From: a virus
Lineage: Duplodnaviria; Caudoviricetes
Direction: 5' to 3' (one strand)
Length of the DNA stretch: 60,347 nucleotides
Virus record (IMG/VR): IMGVR_UViG_3300045107_000842
Location: 1 to 60,347 of that record
The notes below the pieces were generated by a model that was not told the DNA's origin, did not search any database, and was given only the letters and a program-made list of their open reading frames with translations. This document shows, piece by piece, positions 7,636-17,246 of this stretch; position 1 is the stretch's first letter; the number at the start of each line of letters is the position of its first letter. Made by a program: the position numbers and the translations under genes.

Positions 7636-8256
7636 CTACGCCGCCCAGCCGGCGTCCCACGCCCGCCGCAGGTCGGCGCGAGCGAACGGATTGGCATTGC
7701 GCGGCGTGCCGTCGCGGCGCGCCGCCATGCCGCGCTCGCGGGCCCGCCGGACGGTGGCGCGATAGCTCGCCGCGGCATCGACATTGGCGGCACCCGCCAT
7801 GCTCTCGCCGGCGACGGCGCCGCGCAGCAGGGCGCGCGCCGCGGCCAGCCGGTGGCGATAGACCCGGTAGCTGAGGCCGAGCGCGGCCGCGGCCTCGGCC
7901 GGATCCATGACCAAGGCGACGAGCAGCGCCTGGCGGTACGGCGCCGGCAGCAGCGGGATGCGCTGCGCCACCTCGGCGAGCAGCACCGCCGCCTCGCCGG
8001 CGGCGCCGATCGCCGGCTCCGGCGCCTCCTCGAGCGCCAGCATGAGCGGCCGGCGGCCGGCATTGAGCGCGCCGTTGCGCATGATGGTGGCGAGCCAGGC
8101 GGTGAGATGCGCCGGGTCGGCGCGGCCGCAGGCGCGCACAGCGCGCTCGGCGGTGTCCTGCAGCAGGTCGGCCGCGTCGGCCGGCCGGCCGCCGGTCAGG
8201 CGCAGCGCCAGCCGGCGCAGGCCGGGCAGCGGCGCGCAGGCCTCGGCCGGCGTCAC
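7636..8256 (-). CDS. ECF/sigma70-like factor with C-terminal RMF-like segment
   Basis: LRRLALRLTG..ADAADLLQDT and AWLATIMRN (region 2-like); LPAPYRQALL..EAAAALG..RLAAARALL (region 4-like); tail ARERGMAARRDG..NPF..RRAWDAGW. Confidence 0.7.
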   Translation of the reverse strand: MTPAEACAPLPGLRRLALRLTGGRPADAADLLQDTAERAVRACGRADPAHLTAWLATIMRNGALNAGRRPLMLALEEAPEPAIGAAGEAAVLLAEVAQRIPLLPAPYRQALLVALVMDPAEAAAALGLSYRVYRHRLAAARALLRGAVAGESMAGAANVDAAASYRATVRRARERGMAARRDGTPRNANPFARADLRRAWDAGWAA

Positions 8257-8561
8257 GAGCCTTCCCCGATCGCCAGCCAGTTGGCCTGCCAGTCCGTGCC
8301 GGCCGCCACGATGCAGGCCAGCCGGTCCTTCGGCCGGACCGAGACGGCCGTCCAGGTCGCCCCCCCCTGGCTGGCGAATACGATCATCAGCGCCTGTCCG
8401 CCGCCGCCGATCGCCCGCACGACGGGATGCTCGTGATAGTCGCGGTCGAGGTTCTCCGCGACGGTCCGATAGGGCGCGCAGGCCGGCGCGGCCTGGGCGC
8501 GCGCCGGATGCGAGCCGATGAGCAACGCGCCGGTGAGCAGCGCGATCGTGCCGAGGCGCAT
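8253..8561 (-). CDS. Small secreted hypothetical protein
   Basis: Signal peptide ending ARA; two Cys; GGAGG RBS. Confidence 0.75.
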   Translation of the reverse strand: MRLGTIALLTGALLIGSHPARAQAAPACAPYRTVAENLDRDYHEHPVVRAIGGGGQALMIVFASQGGATWTAVSVRPKDRLACIVAAGTDWQANWLAIGEGS

Positions 8562-8591
8562 GTCGGTCCTCCGAGGGTGAGCGGACGAGGA

Positions 8592-9149
8592 TCAGGCGGG
8601 CGGGCGGGGCAGGCCTTCGGGCCAGGCGGCGTGCAGGGCCTCCGGCGTGGCGTGCTGCGCCAGGTCGAGCGTCGCCGGGAGGTCGCGGAGCGCCTGCTTG
8701 CGGGTGGCGATGGCGCGCTTGCCGGCATGGTCGGCGCGCTCGTCGGCGCGCATGTAGGCGGTGTCGAGCTCGTCGAGCTGGCGGTCGCGGGCTTCGCGGA
8801 TCCGCCCGAGATGGATGCCGCGGGCGCGTTCCATATGGACCGCGACCTTGCCGTCGGCGTGGTGCCAGGCGTCGCGGAAGACGCGGTCGGCGGGCAGCTC
8901 GGCGACGTCGCCCTCGCGCCAGGAGACGGCGGTCTCGCCGGTGCCCGCCTCCCATTTGCGGACCTCGGCCGCCATCACGGCCTGGCCGAGCGCCGCCATG
9001 CGGGCGGCGATCGCCTCGGGCGAGGGCCGCGGGTCCTGCCCGGCGGCCCAGGTCGCCACCGTGGCGTCGATCGCGTCCCAGGTCTCGTCGCTGATCTGCA
9101 TGACGGCGACGGCGCCGCCGGCGCGCTCGATGATGATGCGGTGCGACAT
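8592..9149 (-). CDS. Tail fibre assembly/chaperone-like protein
   Basis: FRDAW and RIREARDRQL..LD..YMRA..KQALRDLP...AAWP motifs; directly after the tail fibre gene. Confidence 0.7.
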   Translation of the reverse strand: MSHRIIIERAGGAVAVMQISDETWDAIDATVATWAAGQDPRPSPEAIAARMAALGQAVMAAEVRKWEAGTGETAVSWREGDVAELPADRVFRDAWHHADGKVAVHMERARGIHLGRIREARDRQLDELDTAYMRADERADHAGKRAIATRKQALRDLPATLDLAQHATPEALHAAWPEGLPRPPA

Positions 9150-10372
9150 CACTGGTCTCCGGCGAAATCGACGCTGAAATCGACATCGGTCGGCGCGCCG
9201 CCGCCCCGCGCCGTCACCATGCGGCAGGATCCCGTGGCCGGCCCGGTGGCGTTGCTCTGCATCACGCTGATGCCGTTGTTGCCGTCGTAGCGGGCGGACC
9301 CCCCGTAGCGATAGGTCGTGCCCGAGAAGGCGGTCGAGAAGGTGACGGTGGTATCGCCGGTGCCGTTGTCGGTCAGGCTGCCGACGTTGTAGCTCTGGCT
9401 CAGCGTCGGCGTGCCGGCGTTCGTGACCTTGGCCCACGCCTTCATGGCGCTCGGGTGAAACTGCTGCCGGCCGGGGCAGACATAGACGTTCGTCGCCGAG
9501 GCGCTTTCCTGCTGCGCCTGGCTGGCCGCCGAGATGCCGCCGGCGAGCGCCGTGCCGTCGGCCCGCATATAGGCGGTGCAGCGCCAGTTGCCGCTGCCCT
9601 CGCTGACGAACCAGGCAACGTCGCCGGCGGCCGTGGTGATGCTGGCGCCGGTCGGCAGGATCAGGCTGGTGCCGTTGTGCGTCAGGGTGAGCGCGCCGGC
9701 GAACTGCACCGTGCGGCGCGTGCCGGCCTGCACCGTGCCGAGCCCGGTGATCGTGGTGGTGCCGGTGACCCGGACATAGTTGCCCGTCGCGGCGCCGATG
9801 TCCGTGGTGGTGGCGCTCGCGATGTCGGCACCCTTGGCCTCGTTGACGGCGCCCTGCAGCGTGCCGCCGGCGGCGGAGAGGCCTCGGCCGATCGTCCTGA
9901 AGGACGTGCCGTTGCCGACGATCCAGCAGGAATCGCCGGGGTTGAGCGCGATCGTCGTCGCGCCGTCGATCTGCTCCGTGCTGTTGGGATCGACCGTGAT
10001 GACGCCGGTGCCGCTGTTGCGCACCAGCAGCATCCAGGCGTCGCCGAGCGTGGCGGCCGCGGTCAGCGACAGCGTCCAGGTGCCGGTGCAGTCGAGCAGG
10101 ACGCCGTGGTCGGCGAGCAGCGCCGTGTAGTTCGCGCTCTTGGCGACCGTCATCGTCGAGGCCGCCGGCAGCACCACCAGCCAGCCGCTGTTGGCGGCGT
10201 TGCGGCGCTTCAGGACGCCGTTCGTCGTGTCGTACCAGAGCATCCCCGCGACGGTGGTCGAGGGCGCGCTGCTGCCGCTGTTGACGCTGAGGATCGCCGA
10301 CAGGGCGTCGTTCAGGTCGGAGCGGAAGGCGGCGCCGGCTGCGTTCGCGAGGTTATAGTCGTGCTGCGCCAT
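9149..10372 (-). CDS. Tail fibre / receptor-binding protein
   Basis: N-terminal QHDYNLANAAGAAFRSDLN..GMLWYDT; Gly/Thr/Ala-rich; C-terminal KAWAKV..SYNVGSLTDNGTG. Confidence 0.85.
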   Translation of the reverse strand: MAQHDYNLANAAGAAFRSDLNDALSAILSVNSGSSAPSTTVAGMLWYDTTNGVLKRRNAANSGWLVVLPAASTMTVAKSANYTALLADHGVLLDCTGTWTLSLTAAATLGDAWMLLVRNSGTGVITVDPNSTEQIDGATTIALNPGDSCWIVGNGTSFRTIGRGLSAAGGTLQGAVNEAKGADIASATTTDIGAATGNYVRVTGTTTITGLGTVQAGTRRTVQFAGALTLTHNGTSLILPTGASITTAAGDVAWFVSEGSGNWRCTAYMRADGTALAGGISAASQAQQESASATNVYVCPGRQQFHPSAMKAWAKVTNAGTPTLSQSYNVGSLTDNGTGDTTVTFSTAFSGTTYRYGGSARYDGNNGISVMQSNATGPATGSCRMVTARGGGAPTDVDFSVDFAGDQ

Positions 10373-10373
10373 C

Positions 10374-13073
10374 TCAATATGCCTTCGCGAGCCAGTCGAC
10401 GGTCTTGGCGACCCGGGCCGAGCTGCTGTTGCGGACGTTGTAGGCGAAGCTGGTGGCGCCGACGCTCACCAGGTCGATGTAGTCTCCGGTCGCCGCACTG
10501 CGGATCGTGAAGCCGATCCGCGGCGTGGTGCTCTTGAACGCTGCCGGGAAGGTCACGGTGGTGTCGGCCGAGCTGCTGCTGGTGCTGCTGCCGCTCTGCA
10601 CCCGGTCGGGCATGTCGACGGTGACGCTGCCGGTGCTGACCGCCACGTTGAAGCTGAGGTCCGTCGTGGTCAGGTGCAGCCGGAACTGGAAGGCCCGGCA
10701 GGTGAAGTCGGCGATGACGACCGGAACCCAGGCCGACCAGGTGGGCGAGCCGGCCGGGTCGTCGTTCGTGGTCCTGACCTGCAGCTCGGCCGTGGCCTCC
10801 GCGCCGGTCGCCGATCCGTCGAAGCTCGCCCAGCTGTCGATCGGGTCGAGCCGGGCATCGATCAGGTTGCCGACGTCGAAGACCGAGACGGCCAGGTTGG
10901 CGGTCACCCGGCTCGTCTGCACGGAGCCGATATCGATCCCGGCGCTGAAGGCGTAGTAGCCCTCGCTGCTCGCGCCGTCGAGCTGCAGCACCGAGCCGCT
11001 CTTGACGGTGTTGGTCTTGCTGCCAGTCCAGCCGGTCGCCTCGGCCTGCGTCGCCACCACGTTCATCCCGAGGATGTCGGGCAGCGTGGTGGTGACGACG
11101 GCGTCGGTCGCCGAGATGTTGCCGCTGCTGTCGACGAAGCGGGCGAGGTAGCTGCCGGTCGCGGCCGCCACGCTCGCCTCGGTGGCGCTGCCCGCCACGC
11201 GGACCATGTCGATCGCCGTCGCCCAGGTGGCACCGCTGGTGGCCGGCGACCAGCGGATCTGGACGTAGCCGCCATGCAGGACGTCGAGGTCGGTGGCGCG
11301 CGACCAGCTGAGGAGCGCCTGGCCGTTACGGATGACCAGGTTGAAATTGCTGACCGTCACCGGCGGCGCGGTGAGGCCGACCAGCGTCTTGCTGACGCTC
11401 GAATAGGCCGACAGCGTGCCGAAGCTGTTGATCGCGGCGACCTGGAAGTCGTAGGTGCCGGCCGCGAGGTCGAGGATCTCGAATTCCAGGTCCTCGGTCT
11501 CGCCCGCCGTCTTCCAGGTCGAGGCAGCGTGCAGCTTGTATTGGACCCGATACCGCTTCGCGAAGCCGTCGTCGCTGGCGCCCCAGGTGATCGTGGCGAG
11601 GCTCGCCACGCCGGCGCCAGCCCGGGTCTCGACCAGCGTCTCGACCACCATCGGGGTGCCCGGCGGGTCGACGTCGAACGGGTCGTTCAGATTGGTGTCC
11701 GGCGCGGCGTCGATGACGGTCGCGTCGCCGTCGTTCCAGTCGTAGGAGGACGCCGCCTCCTCCTGGCAGACCAGGTCGACGCCGCCGCCCTCGGCGAGCG
11801 TCCACTTGATGACCCGGAAATCCTTGTCGGTCCACCCCAGCAGCGGCTCGGTGATCCCGATCACGTCCCAGGGCGCGATCGCCAGCGCGCTGAAATTGCA
11901 CGGCACGGTGACCCGGATGCCCTGGCGGCTCTTCTCGAGGAAGATCTTGCCGATCCGCTGCGGCCGCACCTTGGTGCTGTCCACGGTGAAGCGCAGCGCG
12001 ATGTCGCGGTAGATCGTCTCGCCGTCCTGGGCCGCATAGGTCGGGTTGGTCAGCGGCGGAAAGTCCGCGCTCTGCCAGTCGTTCCCCGGATCGGTGAAAG
12101 TCCCGCGCACGGCATTGAACAGGTCCTGCCGCGCCGGCCGCGCATCCACCGAGATCTGGTCGCGCAGCCAGGTCCGGTCGATCGTGACGGTCTTGGTCCC
12201 GGCCGCCCCGGCATAGATGCGGAACTTCCCCTGGCTGTAGACGACGGCGCCGGCCATGCAGGTGACCAGGTCCTCGAGCACGTCGAGCGGCTTCTCGTCG
12301 AGCGCGCCGACCCCGTCGCAGGTGTAGCGCGCCTGGCCCCCGACCACCTCGTCGCAGATATTAGCCGCGGCGATCACCAGCGCATCGTCGATCTCGGCAT
12401 CGGAGACGCCGAACGCCGTCACCAGGTAGTCCCGGGTGCAGAGCGCCGCGTTGTTGCTCCAGGCCGTCACGCCGGTGCGCGGATCGTAGACCTTCTTGCC
12501 CTTGATCTTCGCGCGGATGTCGGGGATGCCGGAGCGGAACGTCGCCGGCTGGTTCTGCCAATAGAGCCGCGTGTAGAGATAGCAGATCCCCTGCAGGCGA
12601 TGGCTGCTGTCCCATTTCGGGATCTCGCTCTGCAGGGTCGTGTCGACCGTCTGGGTCGCCGTTCCGAGGTGCTTGTTGATCAGGTAGAGCGGCGACCCGC
12701 CGGAGGCGATGAAGATCGGGTCGGTCGACAGCTTGTCGTCGAAATAGACGTCGCTGATCGAATCGCATTCATGCCCGGCGAAGGCGACGACGGTGTGGAG
12801 CGCCTGGTTGTTGCCGCCCGGGCCGCGCGCGGTCTCGGCATAGACCAGCACGCCGCCGGTGACCATCTCGCCATAGATGATCCGGCGAGCCTCAACGCTG
12901 CCCTTGATGGTCTGCGACAGGCTCGGCTTCGGCGCGGTCGGGACAACGGGCTTGCCGAACAGCAGCGAGGTGATCAGCGGCAGCAGGACGCTGGTCGCCA
13001 GCGTGATGGCGATCTCGGCGGTCGAGATGGTGACGGCGCCGATGATCGGCAGAGCGATGACGATCGGCGGCAT
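10374..13073 (-). CDS. Tail tip / host-specificity (J-like) protein with fibronectin type III-like domains
   Basis: RRIIYGE, KGKKVYDPRTG..WSNNAALC.RDYL; FN3-like LAAGTYDFQVAAIN; ATG at 13073. Confidence 0.88.
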   Translation of the reverse strand: MPPIVIALPIIGAVTISTAEIAITLATSVLLPLITSLLFGKPVVPTAPKPSLSQTIKGSVEARRIIYGEMVTGGVLVYAETARGPGGNNQALHTVVAFAGHECDSISDVYFDDKLSTDPIFIASGGSPLYLINKHLGTATQTVDTTLQSEIPKWDSSHRLQGICYLYTRLYWQNQPATFRSGIPDIRAKIKGKKVYDPRTGVTAWSNNAALCTRDYLVTAFGVSDAEIDDALVIAAANICDEVVGGQARYTCDGVGALDEKPLDVLEDLVTCMAGAVVYSQGKFRIYAGAAGTKTVTIDRTWLRDQISVDARPARQDLFNAVRGTFTDPGNDWQSADFPPLTNPTYAAQDGETIYRDIALRFTVDSTKVRPQRIGKIFLEKSRQGIRVTVPCNFSALAIAPWDVIGITEPLLGWTDKDFRVIKWTLAEGGGVDLVCQEEAASSYDWNDGDATVIDAAPDTNLNDPFDVDPPGTPMVVETLVETRAGAGVASLATITWGASDDGFAKRYRVQYKLHAASTWKTAGETEDLEFEILDLAAGTYDFQVAAINSFGTLSAYSSVSKTLVGLTAPPVTVSNFNLVIRNGQALLSWSRATDLDVLHGGYVQIRWSPATSGATWATAIDMVRVAGSATEASVAAATGSYLARFVDSSGNISATDAVVTTTLPDILGMNVVATQAEATGWTGSKTNTVKSGSVLQLDGASSEGYYAFSAGIDIGSVQTSRVTANLAVSVFDVGNLIDARLDPIDSWASFDGSATGAEATAELQVRTTNDDPAGSPTWSAWVPVVIADFTCRAFQFRLHLTTTDLSFNVAVSTGSVTVDMPDRVQSGSSTSSSSADTTVTFPAAFKSTTPRIGFTIRSAATGDYIDLVSVGATSFAYNVRNSSSARVAKTVDWLAKAY

Positions 13074-13507
13074 CAGCCGATCCTGTAGGCGCGCATGGCC
13101 TCGGACATCCCCACGAAGGCGATCCCGGTGCGCTGGCCGAGGGCGGCCACCGCGGCATGGGCGCCGACGCAGACGCCGAGCGCCGGGCCGGCCACGGTCT
13201 CGACCAGCACGACGTCGCCGCGGCGGGCGAACTGCCATGGGATCGTCTCGATCGCGTGGCGGGCGGCGATCTTCTCGACGGCCTCAATCATGCCGCCGCC
13301 GGCGAACGCGGCGAGCGCCGCGGCCGCGCCCTCAGCGTCGTGGTAGGTGCCGCGCACCTCGGCCGCCAGGTCAACCCCCGTCATGTCCAGCACGGCCGTA
13401 GCGGCGAACAGGAGGCAGTCATGCGAGCCGTAGCCGAAGGGCGTGCGGCGCGCGGCCTCCACCGCCTGGTGCAGCCGGGCGGCCCAGTCATCTCGGCGCA
13501 GCAGCAT
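13073..13507 (-). CDS. Tail-associated NlpC/P60-like protein (DUF6950-like)
   Basis: DWAARL..PFGYGSHDCLLFAA, ARRGDVV, ALGVCVG. Confidence 0.75.
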   Translation of the reverse strand: MLLRRDDWAARLHQAVEAARRTPFGYGSHDCLLFAATAVLDMTGVDLAAEVRGTYHDAEGAAAALAAFAGGGMIEAVEKIAARHAIETIPWQFARRGDVVLVETVAGPALGVCVGAHAAVAALGQRTGIAFVGMSEAMRAYRIG

Positions 13508-14091
13508 CAGTCGACGACCTCGCCGCCCCAGTTGAGCTTCTTGTTGACGATGGCGGCGACGAACTCGAGGCCCTTGTCGCCGGGGAAGAGCTGCTGCTGG
13601 TCCTCGTTGGTGTAGCGCCTGACGCGCGGGTTCTCCCAGTCTGCCAGATGGCTCTGCACCGACAGGGTGATCGTCGCCGTCGCGCCGAGCGCGATCGTCA
13701 TGGTGTCCATCCGGCCGGAGAAGGCGAGGAACGGCGGCGAGGTCCAGAGATGCGCCACATCGAGCAGCGCCAGCCAGAGCTTCACGGAGCGGCCCTGGTA
13801 GTGACTGCCGAGCGCGAGCGCGATCATCGCCGGGTCGACGCCGGACAGCTCCAGCTGGCCGCTGTAGGGCTGCAGCTCGGCGCCTTCGCTGAGGGCGAAG
13901 ATGCGGCCGAGCGCGCCGACCCCCTGGTAGGTTTCGGCGACCCCGTCGCCGTCGGCGTCGCCGGTCAGGTCGAAGGGCGCCGAGGTCAGGCGGACGACGC
14001 CCTCGGCGAAATCGAGCGCGCAGAGGATCGCCGGCCGCACGATCTCGGCCTGCGCCATGGTCAGCAGCGCGGAATCGATGGTGTGCGGCAT
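13507..14091 (-). CDS. Minor tail (hub-like) protein
   Basis: YQGVGALGRI, FSGRMDTM, RYTNEDQQQLFPGDKGLEFV; position after the distal tail gene. Confidence 0.8.
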   Translation of the reverse strand: MPHTIDSALLTMAQAEIVRPAILCALDFAEGVVRLTSAPFDLTGDADGDGVAETYQGVGALGRIFALSEGAELQPYSGQLELSGVDPAMIALALGSHYQGRSVKLWLALLDVAHLWTSPPFLAFSGRMDTMTIALGATATITLSVQSHLADWENPRVRRYTNEDQQQLFPGDKGLEFVAAIVNKKLNWGGEVVD

Positions 14092-14097
14092 TGGCGA

Positions 14098-14721
14098 TCA
14101 GCCGTAGAGGGCTTCGACGGCGGAGAGGGCGAAGCCGTGGACGGCCGCCTCGGCCTCGCTCCAGGTCACGGCGGGGTCCTTCAGCATCATGATGCAGGTC
14201 GGGCTGCTGACGATGAGCGTGGCGTTGTCGGCGGGGGCGCTCCGGATCGGCGGCTCGATCGACAGGGTGGCGTTGCCGCTCCCGTCGCTGGCGGCATCGG
14301 CGGTGACCAGGTGCAGCTCCCGCCGGCCGCCGCCGCCGGCGAAGGCGATGTAGTCGCCGGCCAGCAGGATGCCGGCGATGCCGGCGGTCCAGCCGTCGGT
14401 CGCCAGGCTGTTGCCGGTCTGGCCGGCGCCGGCGACCAGCGGCGTGCCGGTCGCCACGCCGCGCGCCACCGCGCCGGTCGGGTCGCCGGCGTAGAAGCGT
14501 CCGGCCTGGCCCCGCAGGCTGACCAGGAACACCCGCCAGGCCGCCCGCTGGGCGGGGTCCTGGATTGGGGGCAGCGCGGCATCCAGCGTCCAGACGGCGC
14601 CCGGCAGCTCCTGCGTCTGGCTCCCGCCGGAGAGCGGCGAGGTGAAGAGCTGGGTCACCGAGCGCAACCCGAAGGTCGCCGTCTGGAAGGCCGGGAGCGC
14701 CGGCAGGGTTAGGATCGTCAT
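14098..14721 (-). CDS. Distal tail-like protein
   Basis: FTSPLSG..Q, LRGQAGRF, LLAGDY, IEPPIR; directly after the tape measure gene. Confidence 0.75.
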   Translation of the reverse strand: MTILTLPALPAFQTATFGLRSVTQLFTSPLSGGSQTQELPGAVWTLDAALPPIQDPAQRAAWRVFLVSLRGQAGRFYAGDPTGAVARGVATGTPLVAGAGQTGNSLATDGWTAGIAGILLAGDYIAFAGGGGRRELHLVTADAASDGSGNATLSIEPPIRSAPADNATLIVSSPTCIMMLKDPAVTWSEAEAAVHGFALSAVEALYG

Positions 14722-16589
14722 TTACGGCGGCGCCCGACGCTCTTGCTCTCGTTTCCGCCGGCGCCGATCGCCTTGAAGACCGCGCCATAGGTCTCGCGCT
14801 GCGACTTCTTCAGCTTGTGGTCGAGCTCGGCCCGGCTGATGTCGGTGCCGCGCAGGTCGTAGTGGTTGGTCTGGTAGAGCACCATCCCGCCGAGCCCGCC
14901 GAAGCCATTGGGGATGACGGTTCCGGCGGCATCGGGCACGAACAGCTCCGGCCCCTGCTCGCCGACCAGCGACGGGACGCCGACCGGCGGCCGGCCGCCC
15001 GCGGCGAAGACGCCACCGAATCGGGTCGGGGCCCCGATCCCTCCCCCTCCTCCCCCGAGCCCGATAGCGCCGAGGAGCGAGCCGAAGATGCTGCCGAGAA
15101 TGCCGCCATCGCCGCCCTTGCCGACGCCGGCGCCGGCCTCGAGCATCTGAAAGAGCAGCTTGATCACGTCCTCCAGCACGCTCTGCCAGACCTGGCCCCA
15201 GGTCTGCGCGCCAGTGATGCCGGCGGCGACCTCCTGGTTGAGGCTGGAGAAGGAGCTGGTCAGGTCGGTCGTCTTCTCGGTCGCGATGTCCGACGTCGAC
15301 ACCAGCGCGGCATTGCTCTCCTCGGCCGCCTGCTTCATCTCGTAGAGCTTGTCGGCATTGGCCTTGATGGCCGCCGCTTCCTCGCCCGTCAGCAAGGGGC
15401 TCTCGCGCAGCCCGGCATCGTAGTCGCGCTGCGCCGCGGCGCTGGCCCGGATCAAGGCTTCGTACTCGGCCCGCTGCTGGGAGGTCAGCGTCAGCTCGCG
15501 CTGCTCCTGCTGCAGCGTCAGCAGATATTCCTGCAGCGCCGAGGTCTCGTCGCGAATGTCAGCCGCATCCTGCGCCCGGCTGGCGCGGGCGCCGCCGGCC
15601 GCATCCGTCTTGCCGGGGATGGCCGGGTTGCTGGTGCCGCCGGGGGCGCTGTATCCGCCCATGTTCTGCAGCTGGCGCTGCAGCTCGAGATAGTCGGAGA
15701 GCTGGTCCCTGAGCGCCGCCAGGGTGTCCTTGATGTCCTGGGTCTTGTCGTATTCCGGCAGCGCCTCGAGCCGGGCGATGTTCTCCTCGAGCGACTTGAT
15801 CTGGTCCGCGACGGTCGTGGCCTGCGGCGTCAGCAGCTCGGCGATGCGGGTGAGCGCCGGCGCGACCTTGGCGATCAGGGTCTGGGCCAGCTTCGACCAG
15901 GCGGACTCCATGGCGTCGATGCGGTCGGTCGCCTCCTGCGCCTGCTTGATCACGTCCTGCGACAGGACCTGGCCGCTGTTCTGCGCCTCGGCATTGAACT
16001 CGCGCATGCGCTCGCGGCCGCCGGCGAGGATCGGGTCGAGCCGCTGGCCGGCGCGTCCGAAGAGGTCGGTCTCGGCAGCGGCCCTGGCGGCCGGGTCGGG
16101 GATCTTCTCCAGCGCGTCGGCGACGTCGCCCAGCACCGATTCTGTCGAGCGGATCTTGCCCTGGGCGTCGAGCACGCCGACGCCGAGCCGGTTGAAGGCG
16201 GAAATCGCCGCCTCGTTTCCGCTGGCCGCCTCGCCGATCGTCCTGGTGAGATGGGCGACGCTGGTTTCCATCTCCTCGGCGCTGACGCCGCTCTGCCGCG
16301 CGGCGAACTGCAGCTCCTGGAGCGCATCGGTGGAGACTCCGACCTGTTGCGCGAGGTTGGTGAGCTCGCCGGCGGCCCGCAGGCTCTCCAGGCCGAAATC
16401 GATCATCTCCTTGACGCCGAGCGCGATGCCGACCTTCTCCAGCACGCCGGTCACGCTCTCGAGGCCGCCCTTCAGGTCCTCGAAGCTCTCCCGCATCCTG
16501 CGGGTCTCCTCGACCGCCTTCTTCGACCCCGCCTCGAAGGCGGCGGTGAGCAGCCGAAGGTCGACGGTGAGCGAGGCAGCCGTGGCCAT
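14718..16589 (-). CDS. Tail tape measure protein
   Basis: 623 aa, Ala-rich helical; GVSTDALQELQFAA; C-terminal FAAGG..LVGEQGPELFVP. Confidence 0.92.
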   Translation of the reverse strand: MATAASLTVDLRLLTAAFEAGSKKAVEETRRMRESFEDLKGGLESVTGVLEKVGIALGVKEMIDFGLESLRAAGELTNLAQQVGVSTDALQELQFAARQSGVSAEEMETSVAHLTRTIGEAASGNEAAISAFNRLGVGVLDAQGKIRSTESVLGDVADALEKIPDPAARAAAETDLFGRAGQRLDPILAGGRERMREFNAEAQNSGQVLSQDVIKQAQEATDRIDAMESAWSKLAQTLIAKVAPALTRIAELLTPQATTVADQIKSLEENIARLEALPEYDKTQDIKDTLAALRDQLSDYLELQRQLQNMGGYSAPGGTSNPAIPGKTDAAGGARASRAQDAADIRDETSALQEYLLTLQQEQRELTLTSQQRAEYEALIRASAAAQRDYDAGLRESPLLTGEEAAAIKANADKLYEMKQAAEESNAALVSTSDIATEKTTDLTSSFSSLNQEVAAGITGAQTWGQVWQSVLEDVIKLLFQMLEAGAGVGKGGDGGILGSIFGSLLGAIGLGGGGGGIGAPTRFGGVFAAGGRPPVGVPSLVGEQGPELFVPDAAGTVIPNGFGGLGGMVLYQTNHYDLRGTDISRAELDHKLKKSQRETYGAVFKAIGAGGNESKSVGRRRK

Positions 16590-16597
16590 GCTATAAT
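16589..16597 (+). promoter_or_regulatory. Extended -10 promoter element for the divergent moron gene
   Basis: TGCTATAAT about 37 nt upstream of ATG 16634. Confidence 0.55.
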
Positions 16598-16633
16598 TCC
16601 CGCCCGTTCAACCGGGCCGCGTGAGGGTGAACG

Positions 16634-16942
16634 ATGCTTTTCTGGTTCGTGACCAGCTTGGTCATGGCGTTCGTCGTCGCGACGATCGCCGGCCGCAAGG
16701 GCCGCAGCGCGTTCGGCTGGTTCGTCGCCGCCGCGATCGTCTGGCCCATCGCGCTGATCGCCATCCTGTGCGTCGGGAAGACCGCCGCCGTTGAGCGGCG
16801 AGACGCGTTGGAAAGCGGCGAGATGCGGACCTGCCCGCACTGCGCGGAGACGATCCGCGCTGCGGCGATCGTCTGCCGCTATTGCGGAAACCAGGTCGAC
16901 CGGACCCCGGGGACGGCTATGGCCGGGAGCAGGCCTTCTTGA
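16634..16942 (+). CDS. Membrane protein with zinc-ribbon domain (moron)
   Basis: Two TM segments with RKGRSAFGWF; CPHCAE..CRYCG; opposite strand to the tail operon. Confidence 0.8.
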   Translation: MLFWFVTSLVMAFVVATIAGRKGRSAFGWFVAAAIVWPIALIAILCVGKTAAVERRDALESGEMRTCPHCAETIRAAAIVCRYCGNQVDRTPGTAMAGSRPS

Positions 16943-17204
16943 GGTCGGCGCAGGCCTGCCGCTCGATCCGGTCCTTGCGCTTCGAGGCAGCCAGCTCCTG
17001 CCAGGCCATGTTCCAGACCGCGTCCGGGCCGCCGGCGCAGAGCGGCCAGAGATGATCGACCACCCAGCCAGGGCAGGCTCCGGTGGTCCGCTGCGTCGAC
17101 GGGCAGGGATGGTCCTTGCGAAAGGCACGGACGACCGCAGGGTCGCGGGCGAACGCCGGCGCCGCGGCGAGCAGGATCAGGAGCGCGGCTGCGCCTCTCA
17201 GCAT
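16917..17204 (-). CDS. HNH-motif nuclease-like protein with signal peptide
   Basis: MLRGAAALLILLAAAPAFA; HPCPST..CPGWVVDHLWPLCAGGPD..NMAWQ. Confidence 0.75.
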   Translation of the reverse strand: MLRGAAALLILLAAAPAFARDPAVVRAFRKDHPCPSTQRTTGACPGWVVDHLWPLCAGGPDAVWNMAWQELAASKRKDRIERQACADLKKACSRP

Positions 17205-17246
17205 GGATGCATGCCATAGCACGGCAGTGGGGAAAGGGAACGGGGG

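Noticed and set aside
9149-10372. Diversity-generating retroelement or invertible tail-fibre cassette
   Set aside because: No reverse transcriptase, no template/variable repeat pair and no adjacent invertase seen
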